Origin: Leucoraja ocellata
Lineage: Eukaryota
Length of the DNA: 64,000 nt
Assembly (NCBI GenBank): GCA_036785375.1
Contig: JAWMAR010000015.1
Location: forward strand, 5,084,001 to 5,148,000
Reading direction: 5' to 3'
This document shows positions 23,628 through 35,718 of this stretch, piece after piece. The position numbers and the translations under genes are program-made. Within the stretch, counting starts at the first letter, position 1; each line of letters opens with the position of its first letter. The notes below the pieces were generated by a model that did not search any database, was not told the origin of the DNA, and saw only the letters and a program-made list of their open reading frames with translations.

Positions 23628-24055
23628 TGGGCATGTCCCACTTGGGCGACTTTTTAGGCGACTACAGGAGACTATGTGGTTCGCGAGTGGTTGCCAGGGA
23701 GTCGCCTTCATGGACGTGAGTAGTGCCCTCAGACTCGCAACAAGTCGGAACGGCATTCTGGTCGCCGCAAATTTTTCAACATGTTTAAAAAAATCAGCCG
23801 CGACCTGAATTTTGACGCCATGGAGATTAGCGAGAATTCTCGTGACGTAGGTGCAATGGTAGCGGGTCGCCAGGAGGTCGTAGGTTGTCATAGGATGTCA
23901 TCGGTTGCCGCCTTTGCTGACCAGTGAATTTCATTGGCTCATTGGGGGAAAAAACGTAAACAGTAGTTTTCAGAACCAAGGATAACCGACCGGTAATGTT
24001 AATGTCCGCCGAGCTTCACAGCCGTTTATCTCTGGCTTCTTAAAAGTTGTCTCCA
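23628..24055. mobile_element. Harbinger-type non-autonomous element, one end only
   Basis: TAA followed by TGGGCATGTCCCACTTGGGCGAC terminus shared with 45607; CpG-rich interior; second TIR not seen. Confidence 0.65.
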
Positions 24056-24503
24056 CCTTCTCCCCACCCTGTCTTCCCCTTCTCCCCCCTCTCTCTCCCC
24101 CCCCCCCCTTGTATTTCATATTTTGCTTGGGTAACTTACAACCCAGCGGTATGGACATTGAATTCTACTAACACTTCCCCACTTCCCTCCCCCCTTATTC
24201 CACCCTAGTCGTTTAACCAGTTCCACATTTCACAACAATGTACCCCTCGTGAAATCACACCCTCTCGAGCCAACAATGGGCCTTCCATTCTGCCCATTTC
24301 AAGATTAAGTTAATAAATCTATGAAACTCTGAAACTGCTTTCAACATAATATAATCATTTCATAAATAAGGAAACCAATAAGATGCACTCACCAATAACT
24401 GAAGCAATCATTTCCCTGTTTCTGAGGTAATAAGTATTTACAGTCTATTTGCTTACTTGAAAATTTATAGGATCATACAAGCCTTTTACGAATCATATTC
24501 TAA

Positions 24504-24820
24504 TGGGGCTGTCCCACTGTACGAGCTAATTCAAGAGTTCTCCTGAGTGTCCCCTGATTCGAACTCGGAGAATTACGGTAATAGCCGCTCGTCGGTACTC
24601 GGGGCTCTCGTGGACATTTTTCAACTTTGAAAAATCTTCACAAGTCTTCACGAGCTTACCGCGTTTCCCGAGTACCTGCCGTTAGCGTTACGAGCCGCTA
24701 AGAGACGTCCCGAGCTCCGACGTACCCGCTACGTACATTCTACGTGCTTACCATGAGTTTGATTTTTTTTTTTTTGCTCGGGAGAGCTCTTGAATTAGCT
24801 CGTACAGTGGGACAGGCCCT
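24504..24820. mobile_element. PIF/Harbinger-type MITE
   Basis: TIR TGGGGCTGTCCCACTGTACGAGCTAATTCAAGAG...CTCTTGAATTAGCTCGTACAGTGGGACAGGCCCT; TAA TSD at 24501-24503 and 24821-24823. Confidence 0.9.
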
Positions 24821-24823
24821 TAA

Positions 24824-25260
24824 GACACCCAGATCACTTTGTATCTCAAAGACCTGCAGTTTATATCCCTTTGTAACCTTCTTATGACCTCTTTGCAAGA
24901 CTCTTTCGTACCTACCGTTGTACCATCATCAAATTCAGCAGCTGTACCTTCAGTGCCTTCAGCAAAGTCATTTATATAAGCTGTAAAATGTTGAGGTCCC
25001 AAAACAATCCCTGTTACAACCACTTATTACATCTTGTTAAGCTGAACGACGCATTCATGTTTGGTCCTTTTTGGCCAATTTCTGGCTTTGCCAATGTTAC
25101 ATCTTACGTTTTATTTTCCGTAATAACCTTTGATGTCCCTTATCAAGTACCTACTGTAAATCTAAGCATAATACATTAACTAGTTCATCTTTATCCACAG
25201 CACATATTGCATCTTCAGAAAATGCCAAGATGTTGGTAAAAAATAGTTTTCTGTGCACAA
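24824..25260 (-). pseudogene. Degenerate CR1 RT fragment
   Basis: GIVLGPQHFTAYINDF...EFDDGT resembles the GSVLGP..YINDL..KFADDT motifs. Confidence 0.7.
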
Positions 25261-25890
25261 TGCACTGCATCAGTTATCAGCATTAGGCTGAATTCAGCTA
25301 ACCCTCTTGAATGTTTCCATAGTACCCTGGTTAATACTGTAGCAACAGTTCCTAACTTGACAATCTAACACAATTTCCGTGACTGTGTAAGTAGGTTCTT
25401 CAAGTACACAACGCATAAGTATAAATCTTGTTACAAGGTTATATCCAGTGTAGCAGCCAGGTTTACAAAAAAAAGGTTAAATGTACTTTATAAACAAAGG
25501 GAATAAAGGTAATAAAGCAGATTTCACCCACCCCCTTCCCTTCCAAATCAGATAACACATTAGTCAAGAGTCAGGAAGGACAAAGAATGGTCAACACACT
25601 GTATATTTCCCTTTACATAGCTTGATGTCCATTAGCTGTAGTATCTCACCGATGCACCACATTATAATGCGTCTGTTTCAGCCTTGTGTGCCCAATTGCA
25701 GAGATGCTTCATCCTCTTCAATCCCCTTCTCTAACCAGGAAAGAGTTGCAGGGCATTAAGTGCAATGCCAATTAAATATGTATGATCTCCTCAGCACTTC
25801 AAGTTAGTTCTACCACAATTTTTACACAATACATTATAAATTCAAGGCACATGTCGCACATGTCTCTGAGCTAGAAGGAGAGGTTAGACG

Positions 25891-25895
<5 letters not shown>

Positions 25896-25927
<32 letters not shown>

Positions 25928-28100
25928 TTTATTTTATTAGAAGTAAGCACAGTCATATGGCACCAAAGTGCCTAATATATATTTTCATAATACATTTTAT
26001 GTACAACTTCTTTTTTTTTTGTTACATTGAAAAAAGATGAGAATAAGAAAAAGAAGTTAGATAGTAAAGGATAGAAAAATGTGAAATATATAGTGTGTGA
26101 AGAAAGAAAACGAGTAAATGAAGAAAGTTGAGAGAGAAAATAGTGAAAAGAAAAGGAGATCATTATTTATAGTCTTGACCAACCCTCGTCCAGTCCTGAA
26201 ACAGTTATTTTTTACAATTGTGTTGCACCATATGATTCCAAAAAAACGACGAATGGAGACCAACTCGTTATGAATTGGTCTGATTTATCCATTAGGAGGA
26301 ATCGCATTTCCTCAAGATGAGCGGTGTCCAACATACTTGCAATCCACATTTTAAGCGTTGGTATTGATGTACCCTTCCAAAATTTAAGTATTAATTTTTT
26401 TGCTATTATTAAACCATAATTAAGGAATAGATTTTGAGACGCGTTCAATTTATTCCCATCTTCCATTACACCAAATATAATCATTTCAGTATTAGGTTCC
26501 ATTCTTGTCTTGAATAATTTTGTAAGTATTTCAAAAATATCATTCCAAAATCTATAAAGTTTTATGCAGGAAACTAAGGAGTGTGTTATAGTTGCCTTTT
26601 GGGCTAGACATTTATCACAAGTGGCGGATATATTTGGATAAAATTTGTTCAATCTTGTTTTTGAATAATATAATCTATGTACAATTTTAAATTGTATTAG
26701 ATTATGTCTTACATTAATTGAACATTTGTGAATATATATCAGGTATTTTTCCCATTTAACCTTCGTAATTTTTATCATTAATTCCCGTTCCCACTCTTCT
26801 CTAAGTACCTCTGTCGATGGTAGGTCTATATTTAGAATACTATTATATAAATAGGATATTAATTTTTGTGAGTCAGCTTCAATATTCATTGCTTCTTCCA
26901 ATAAGTCAGGAGTTACTTTTTGATATCCTTGTATATATTTTTTCACAAAGTCGCAAATCTGAAGATATTTAAAATATTGGTTGTTTTTCAATTTAAATTT
27001 TAATTGTAGTTGTTGGAATGATAGTAGGTTTCCTATTTCGTACATATCCCTGATCCTTCTAATTCCGAGACTTTCCCATTGGTTATATGTCTTATCAATA
27101 AGAGATGGTTTAAATAAAGGGTTATTCGCAATTGGCATTAACAGTGATAGATTTCTTAATTTTAAAGATAATTTTATTTGTTTCCAAATTCTTATTGTAC
27201 CATATATAATTGGGTTCTTCTTATATATTGTGTTATTCAGTTTTTTGGGGGAAAAGAGGATCGTTCCTATATTACAAGGATGACAATCCTCCTTCTCCAT
27301 TTTTATCCATTCTGTCTGTTGTGTAGAACTATCCAACCAATAAATCATATTCTTAATATGCACTGCCCAGTAATAATACATAAAATTCGGAAGTGAAAGT
27401 CCCCCGACCTCTTTTGGTTTACATAAGTGTTTTTTTGTGATTCTATGTGATTTATAGTCCCAAATATAATTTGTAATGTTAGAGTCTAATTTTAAAAAAA
27501 AAATATTTTGGTATATATACCGGTATAGACTGAAATAGGTATAGTAATTGTGGTAAGAAGATCATTTTTATTGCATTTATTCTACCTAATAATGATAAGG
27601 GAAGTGTTTTCCAAAATTTAATCCGTGTATTAAGTTTATTTAATAAAGGTATGAAATTAGCATTGAATAATGCTTTATATTTTCTAGTAATCTGAATACC
27701 CAAATATTTAAATTTTTCTGTTGCGATTTTAAAGGGGAACTTCAGTAAGTGTGTAGGTTCTTGAGGTTTTAATGTCATGATTTCGCTTTTGTTCCAGTTT
27801 ATTCTATATCCAGAAAAAGACCCAAATTCCTCTATTAAGTTTAATAAATTTGGTATGCTCGTTTGTGACTTTGTAATATATAAAAGTATATCGTCTGCAT
27901 ATAATGAGATTTTATTCTTTGAGTCCCTGGTATTATAGCCCTGAATATTCGGATGAATTCTTATACTTTCAGCCAGGGGTTCTATCATAAGGGCAAATAG
28001 CAGGGGTGATAGTGCACATCCCTGCCTATTACCCCTTGATAGTTGAAATTTTTGAGATAACATGTTATTAGTTAAAATTCTTGCCATTGGTTTATCATAT
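25896..28100 (-). mobile_element. 5'-truncated L1-clade LINE with poly(A) tail
   Basis: 15-bp TSD AGGTTAGACGAACTT (25881-25895, 28101-28115); T-run to 25922; AT-rich; inserted in a CR1 relic. Confidence 0.93.
26212..28087 (-). pseudogene. L1-type ORF2 C-terminal half (RT motifs plus Cys-rich domain), frameshifted near 27490
   Basis: RGNRQGCALSPLLF, LYADDILL, FKYLGIQI in 27479-28087; CDKC...H...C motif in 26212-27381. Confidence 0.9.
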
Positions 28101-28374
28101 AGGTTAGACGAACTTGGATTGTTTTTCTCTCTGGAGCGTCAGAAGCTGTGGGATGAACCGATGGAAGTGTATACAATTATGAGAGGCACAGATAGGTTAG
28201 ATAGTCATTTATTTATCCCTTGGCCAGCCAAACAAAGAAAATCACTAAGAAATAATTAACAAAACCAAGGGGAGCAGCAACTACCACACCCATTCAACAA
28301 ATTCAACACCCATTCTCAAAAAAAACCATTCCCATAAAACCAGCAGGTTGTTTATTGAAGGGAACCTTTACCCA

Positions 28375-28795
28375 GAACCTTCCTGACCTTCCTTCCATCG
28401 AGGGGATCTATCGCAGTCGCTTCCTCAAAAAGGCTGGCAGTATCATCAAAGACCCACACCATCCTGGCCACACACTCATCTCCCTGCTACCTTCAGGTAG
28501 AAGGTACAGGAGCCTGAAGTCTGCAACAACCAGGTTCAGGAATAGCTACTTCCCCACAGCCATCAGGCTATTAAACCTGGCTTGGACAAAACTCTGATTA
28601 TTAATAACCACTTTCTGCTATTTGCACTTTATCAGTTTATTAATTCATGTGTGTATATGTTTATATCATGGTATATGGACACATTTATCTGTTTTGTAGT
28701 AAATGCCTACTATTCTCTGTGTGCTTAAGCAAAGCAAGAATTTAATTGTCCTATACAGGGACACATGACAATAAACTCACTTGAACTTGAACTTG
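28375..28795 (+). mobile_element. Rex1/Babar-type LINE 3' fragment
   Basis: IIKDPHHPGHTLISLLPSGRRYRSLKS..RFRNSYFP; AATAAA followed by an (ACTTGA)n tail. Confidence 0.85.
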
Positions 28796-29467
28796 AGAGT
28801 GGTCTTTGTGTGGGACTCGCTAATACAGGAAGACGGTGAATAACCAGATATATAATAGATGCATTGAAGTAGATTCTGTGTAAATACATGAGGGCAAACG
28901 GAACAGAAAGATATGCTCATTGGTTATTATAAAGAAGAGGCACAAAGGATCCATTAGGTCTGTTTCTCGGCTGCAACGCCTGTGTAATTTTATGTAAATT
29001 GTAAATTATATAAGAAGGAAATAAAAAACAAAACCCTTGTGAATGTTGGAAAGCCAAACCCCGAGTAGAAAATAGTGGAAATATTCAGCAGGTCAGGCAG
29101 CACCTGAGGAGACAGAAACAAAGTTACTGCTTCACATTGTAGGCCCAGTAAAATCATGTCATTTCCACAAGGGATTCCTAGACCCAAATAATCCTTGTCT
29201 TGAAGCTGGATTTGCATTGTATTTTCCGTGTTGCTGGATTCCTGCTAATTGGGTTGTGATGTGACTGGCCTGTCATGGTCTTCTGTGTTTGACAATCAGC
29301 TCTCATGACAGACCACAGGTCGCCCTGGCAAGGCACAGATGGCAGGATGCTTCCGGCATGTTCTTCCAGCCTGCCCTCTGTCCATCGCAAGGGATATCTA
29401 TGGTTTGTCATGGGACATGATTATCAGACTCGGATGACCACGCCAGGCCAGTCACATCATAAATCTG

Positions 29468-29599
29468 AGTCTGAAGAAGGGTTTCGGCCCGAAACGTTGC
29501 CTATTTCCTTCGCTCCATAGATGCTGCTGCACCCGCTGAGTTTCTCCAGCTTTTCTGTGTAACCTACGATTCTCCAGCATCTGCAGTTCCCTCTTTAAC
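29468..29599 (+). mobile_element. Short PLE-terminus element with intact hammerhead-like core
   Basis: CTGAAGA-A-GGGT-TTCG-GCCC-GAAACGTT at 29471-29498; near-identical to 57505-57637; flanked by duplicated acatcataaatctg. Confidence 0.88.
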
Positions 29600-29757
29600 A
29601 TCATAAATCTGCTCCATTTCATTCCTTCATTGAAGCTGCCCATTATCACCTCTTCACTGCAATGGAATGATTCACACTCGGGTTACAATGGTGGCCAGCT
29701 CCTTGAGTCAGAGTCAGCTGTTTTCAGGGCATGAGCTTTAAGGGCTGTTAATGAATT

Positions 29758-30034
29758 ATAACCATATAACCATATAACAATTACAGCACGGAAACAGGCC
29801 ATCTCGGCCCTACAAGTCCGTGCCGAACAAATTTTTTTCCCCTTAGTCCCACCTGCCTGCACTCATACCATAACCCTCCATTCCCTTCTCATCCATATGC
29901 CTATCCAATTTATTTTTAAATGATACCAATGAACCTGCCTCCACCACTTCCACTGGAAGCTCATTCCACACCGCTACCACTCTCTGAGTAAAGAAGTTCC
30001 CCCTCATATTACCCCTAAACTTCTGTCCCTTAAT
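29758..30034 (-). mobile_element. Young CR1 3' fragment with (TTATATGG)n tail
   Basis: Almost identical to 44500-44782 and similar to 41384-41725. Confidence 0.85.
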
Positions 30035-30125
30035 TATGATGAATTATGCCGATCTTTGTTGAATTGTGCTGATATTTTTTCCAGAACTTTATTTTTATTT
30101 CATTGACATATAGGGAGGAATAAAA

Positions 30126-30424
30126 TGGCACAGTGGTGCAGCAGTAGAGTTGTTCCCTTACAGTACCTGAGACCCGGGTTTGATCCTGACTATAGGTCCT
30201 GTCTGTATGGAGTTTGTACATTCTCCCTGTGACTGGGTGGGTTTTCGTCAGGTGCTCTGGTTTCCTCCCACATTCCAAAGATGTGCAGGTTTGTAGGTTA
30301 ATTAGCCTCGGTAAAATTGTACAATTGTGTATCAGATAGAACTAGTGTATGGGGTGATCGTTGGTTGGCGCGGACACGGTGGCCCGAACATAAACTAAAC
30401 TAAGCTAAACTAAACTAAACTAAC
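30126..30424 (+). mobile_element. HE1-type V-SINE
   Basis: Head, V-domain and CTAAA tail. Confidence 0.9.
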
Positions 30425-30514
30425 TATATGGCATTCTATACTTTTGTAATGCTATCAAGTCAAGTAGTTCACCAAATCTGTACATTCAAAGAAATATCAA
30501 GTTAACACATTTTA

Positions 30515-30960
30515 TCAGCAGGACAGGCAGTATCTCTGGAGAGAAGGAATGGGTGACGTTTCGTGTCAAGACCCTACTTCAGGCTGAGAGTCGAGGGGGA
30601 AAGGAAACCCGAGATATAAATGGGGATGTAGAGAGATATAGAACAAATTAATGAAAGATATGCAAAAACGTAACAATGATAAAGGAAACAGGCAGTAGCT
30701 GTTTGCTAGGTGAGAACAAGAAGCTGGTGTGACTAGGGTGGGGGAGGGATGGAGAGAGAGGGATTGCATGGGTTATTTAGTTAGATAAATCAATATTCAT
30801 ATCCCTGGGTTGCAAGCTGCCCAAGTTAAATACGAGATGCTGTTCCTTCAATTTGTGTTTAGCCTCACTCTGACAATGGACTCAACCCGAAACGTCACCC
30901 ATTCCTTCTGTCCAGAGATGCTGCCTGTCTTGTTCAATTACTCCAGCATTTTGTGTCTAT
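30515..30960. mobile_element. Degenerate PLE 3' fragment (-) followed by an inverted terminal piece (+)
   Basis: ctgggttgcaagctgcccaag..aaatacgagatgctgttcc is the GIY-YIG C-terminus in reverse; cccgaaacgtcacccattcc in the opposite orientation at 30886. Confidence 0.75.
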
Positions 30961-32373
30961 CAATGACTTATGTGGAGTCCATAATGTAATACACATCCCA
31001 AGGCACAACATTGGAGTTTTAACACCCAAGAAGATATTAAGATAGGTGATGTACCACAGCAGGCTTTACTGGGTAGTGCATAGGAGGAAGTGTAGAGAAA
31101 TAAAGAGGTCTGGGGAAGAAATTACTGATGTTAATTCCTTGGCACAGTTACCAGTGGAGAGAAATAAAGAATTGAAAAAGAGGGAAGAGCAAGAAAGAAA
31201 CGGTGAAGGGGTGCAGAGATGTACAAAGTTGTAGGCTACATAAAGTCTACTCCACAATTCAATCATGGCTCCACTGTTTAGTTTGGTTTGGAGACACAGC
31301 ATGGGAACAGGCATTTCAGTTTACTTCTCCAGACTGATGGAGTTGAGGGGAGGTAGTTGATAAAAAAAAAGATGAGGGGAAGGGGTGGGGCTAGAGCTGG
31401 TAAGTGATTTGTGGATCCAGGTTGGAGATAGAACCAAGGCTTGTGAGTGAACCATCCTTTCTCTGGGAAGAGGCTGTGATATTTCTACTCGTGAACTTCT
31501 TCTTATGTCTTAAAGAATAAGTCTTCTTTTACTGGAAATATTCTTCATTTCTCACCGTTGAAAGAGCAAGGGGATAAGAAAAAGCAATGAAGAACCTTGC
31601 AGAAGGATAAGAAGAAAGATCTTCATCACACTCAGATACAGCAGCTTACGATGAGGAAAGGGACTATTGTAGAAACTGCAAAATGTTGCTTCTTTTTAAA
31701 ATATTTTTACTCAAGTCCTCAGGGGGTTGCATGTCCTTGATCAACATTGCTTTGGAGCTGCTACTCTGCAGTTCTAAAACAATGCACCTTCATTGTGAGA
31801 ATCATTGTGTGATTCACAGAGGGATTACTTGGCTTGCCTTCTAACAAAACCCTCACCTCATCTTCTGACAATGTTAATCAGCAGACTCTTAACATGTAAA
31901 TGTATTTGCACATTAAAAAATATCCTGGGGATTGAAGAGAACAAGATTAGACCTAATCTCACGGCATTGTTCTCCAGATTTCATTCCTTTAATTCTTTAA
32001 TATTTATGTATCCACACTAATTTGGGTTTAGATTTTTATTGACTTTGCATGTTGCTAATTTTTTTAATGGCAATTTCCATGCAAACTGGTTGCTACTGCA
32101 AAACCTCTTGGCAAATAATGTCTGTGCATGCAGTCAGAAAAACGTCCATTAAGTTAACTGGACATGGAATCCAGACTCCGATCTTTACATCATGATACCA
32201 AACACCCTGAAAATTTGGTTGCTGTTGTTCAAGTCCTGACTTATTCATCCAGTCTCTTGTTCATGCTGATCTTGTTAGGTCCTGAACCACTGCAATATTC
32301 CTAATCTGGCGTTTCAATCCCTTCAGGATGTCCTATTCCCAGGGTATATAACAACCTCCCATACTGCCTCATA

Positions 32374-32677
32374 TGGCAGCAGAGTAGTGCAGCTGATAGA
32401 GTTGCTGCTACACAGTGCCAGGGACCCAGGTTGGATGCTGACCACAGGTGCCACCTGTGTGGAGTTTGCATGTTCTCCCTACGACTGCATGGGTTTCCAC
32501 CCACATCCCAAAGACTTGCGGGTTTGTAGGTTAATTGGCTGCTGTAAATTTCCCCTAATGTCTAGGGATGAGAAATCGGGATAACATTGAATTAGTGTGA
32601 ATGGGCGTAGATGGTCAGCGTGGACCTGGAGGGCTAAAGTACCTGTTTCCATGCTGTATCTCTAAACTGAACTAAAC
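32374..32677 (+). mobile_element. HE1-type V-SINE (older subfamily)
   Basis: gtgtggagtttgcatgttctccc V-domain; tail. Confidence 0.85.
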
Positions 32678-35103
32678 AGTGGAGTTCCACTGGGGTGTGT
32701 GTCATGACCTCTGCTGTTGGTGTTATATATAAACGTCTTGGACATAAACATAGATGTGTTGGCTAGGAAGTTTCAGATGACACCGAGATTGTGGGATTAT
32801 GTGTAGGCAGATAAGAGTTGTTCTTGGCATAATGTAATGCACAGGCATTGTGGGCTGGAGGACTGTTTGTGTGCCTAACTGAACTATTTTCTGTACTCTG
32901 TGATTTTTCAGTTGCATCAAAACATATTTTAATATGAACATATAGTTTGAAGGTCTCAACCTAAAACATAACCTGTCAATGTTCTCCAGAAATGCTGCCT
33001 GAGATACTCCAGCACTATGTGCCTTTTTGTAAATGAACTAGCGTCTGCAGTTCCATATTTCTACGTGTATTTTCTAAAGTTGCTTCCAGTTCTGCATTTG
33101 CAAAATCGTTTCAATGGGTTATTCAGGCTCTGATATCCATCTTTCCCTGAAGTACATTAACAATTCATACTCTACCCTTATTCAAATTCCCAAATTACAA
33201 TTTCCAGCTCATCCTTTCAATATAAAGTCGGCTTTGAAAAAAAAATCGGATATACTTCCTGTTAACACTGAAGCATCCAATTATTTAATGTCACCTACAA
33301 TTAAACTCCCTCAGTACTCAGCAGCCATTTACACTTTCAGGTTTCTAACAAAGTGCTAGTCTAATGAAGCATGCAGTCTAGTTACATTATTTACATTTTA
33401 TTTTCATTACCTTGCATTTGTGTAGAAGTTGCATGAATATGTTGTTTCTGTGGAAGATGAATCATGCTGGATCATTGCTAAGCAGAAGATCCAACACCAC
33501 ATCAGATCTCATTAAACAGTGAACACATTGTGTTGCCGTGCAGCTTCTATGCCTTGCTCTATGAATTTCTTTCACCTTGAAAATAATGTGAAATTCCTTG
33601 CCAATTGATTTCTACATTTAAAAGTGTGCTGTTATGCTACTTCTCAAACTTATCTCTTTCAGATCAAGAGTTGTCCCTGTTTTCCAGTCCACAAAAGCTC
33701 GCATTGCTTGGTAAATTGACCTATGAATTACTAGCGTGCACTGGTAATGCAGAATAGGCAGCTGGTGATGTTAATCTCCCTATAATTTGCAAAATTGAAT
33801 CATGTATACCTCCAGAAAGGACTATTCAAACTTGCCTTTGCCCAACAACGCCTCAACCCACCTCACCACCACAGTTCCATTAAAGGATGCCCCCAGTGAG
33901 TGGCTGGCTTGATTTGGAAATCTCTTCATGGTTGGCAGCTATGTTCATTGATATTTCTAGAGCGGTCGTCCTTAAACCCTTCAGGCAGTGCTGCGCTGGG
34001 TCTGACACTCTTTTTCCAAGTAATACCAAACCGGGGCACTCGGAGAAAACCCACACAGTCACACGAGAGAACATGCAAACTCCGCACAGTCAGCACCTGT
34101 AGTCACGATCAAACCCATGTCTCTGGTGCTGTGAGGTACCAATTATACCGCTGCGCCACCATGCCGCACAGTAGCTAGTATCCAGTAGCCATTAGCATTT
34201 CACCTAAAATAAGGATCAACACTATAATTGACCAAATTTAGTGGCATCTTCTCAGGCATTTTGAAGTCCAAGGTACTTGGTCTAATTATTTAATAGAATG
34301 ATTGGAATTTATGACCAGCAGGATAAAAAAAACTAAAATCTGCCTTCAAGCTAAATACTTTGCATCATCAGCAGAGGCCAGGAAGAAATCTAATTAATTA
34401 GCTCAGAATTAGAAGACCTTGGAATAAATATGCACATCGACATGACCTGTGCTTAAAATTAAATTAAAAAATTCAAATATTATGAATATATTTCAGTAAG
34501 ACGGTGGTCTATCTGTAAATCCGATGCCCAGAGGGAGAGCAGGTACGGTCAACATTCATAAAATCATAAGACATAGGAGTAGAATTAGGCCATTCAATCA
34601 TGACTGATCTATCTCTGCCTCGTAACCACAGTCTCCTGCCTTCTCCCCATAATCTCTGACATCTGTACTAATCAACAATCTACCTATCTCTCCCCTAAAT
34701 ATGTCCACTAAACCATTGATCCACTCAAGTGCAATTTAAACGGAGTCTTTATGAAAGCATTATTTTAGGGTTCGGTTTCTGGGATGTTTGGGAGTTGTAG
34801 AAAGTGACGCAAGCTTGGAAAGAGCAGGGAATGACGGATATATGGTTCCCAAGATTCTCTGTCACTGACACTTTCCTGATAGAGTCATAGTCATAGAGTG
34901 ATACAGTGTGGAAACAGGCCCTTCGACCCAATTTGCCCACACCAGCCAACATATCCGAACTACACTAGTCCCACCTGCCTGCGCTTGGTCCATATCCCTC
35001 CAAACCTGTCCTATCCATGTACCTGTCTAACTGTTTCTTAAAAGTTGGGATAGACCCAGCCTCAACTATCTCCAGAATTAGATTGGTGCTCGCAAGGCCT
35101 TTA

Positions 35104-35392
35104 GGTTAGTTTAGCTTACAGATACAGTGTGGAAACAGGTCCTTTGGCCCACCAAGATCAAGATCCCTGTACACTAGCACTATCCTACACACACTAGGGG
35201 AAATGGACAATTTACAGAAGCCAAATTAACCTGCAAACCTGCAGGTCTTTGGAATGTGGGAAGAAACCGGAGCACACAGGGAAATACAACGTGGTCACGG
35301 GGAGAACGTATAAACTCTACACACTGTACCCCTAGTCAGAATTTAACCCGTGTCTCTGGTGCTGTAAGACAGCAACTCTGCCACTGTGCCAC
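35104..35392 (-). mobile_element. HE1-type V-SINE
   Basis: Reverse-complement head, V-domain and tail. Confidence 0.85.
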
Positions 35393-35660
35393 CTTTATTT
35401 ATTGGCCTTTGCCAATTGCCCACAAAAAAAGCAATGGGGATGTATCTGCAGTCCCAGTAAAGGTGCTGGGTATGAAATTCTAGTATTGCAGGTAGGGTTT
35501 TAGATCCAGCAATGGTGAAAGACTTGTAATCTATTACTAAAATAGAATGGTTTGTGACTCTGAGGTAGTGCTCCATGTACTTGCTGCCTCTTCCTTCTTG
35601 GTGGTAGAAGCTGAGTGTTGGAGATGCTGTCAGAGTAGCCTGAGTATGTAACTGCTGTGT

Positions 35661-35718
35661 ATGTTATAGATGTACACGTTATAGCCACTATGTTATAGAT
35701 GTACACGTTACAGCCACT
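35661..35718. repeat. 29-bp tandem duplication
   Basis: atgttatagatgtacacgtta(t/c)agccact x2. Confidence 0.9.
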
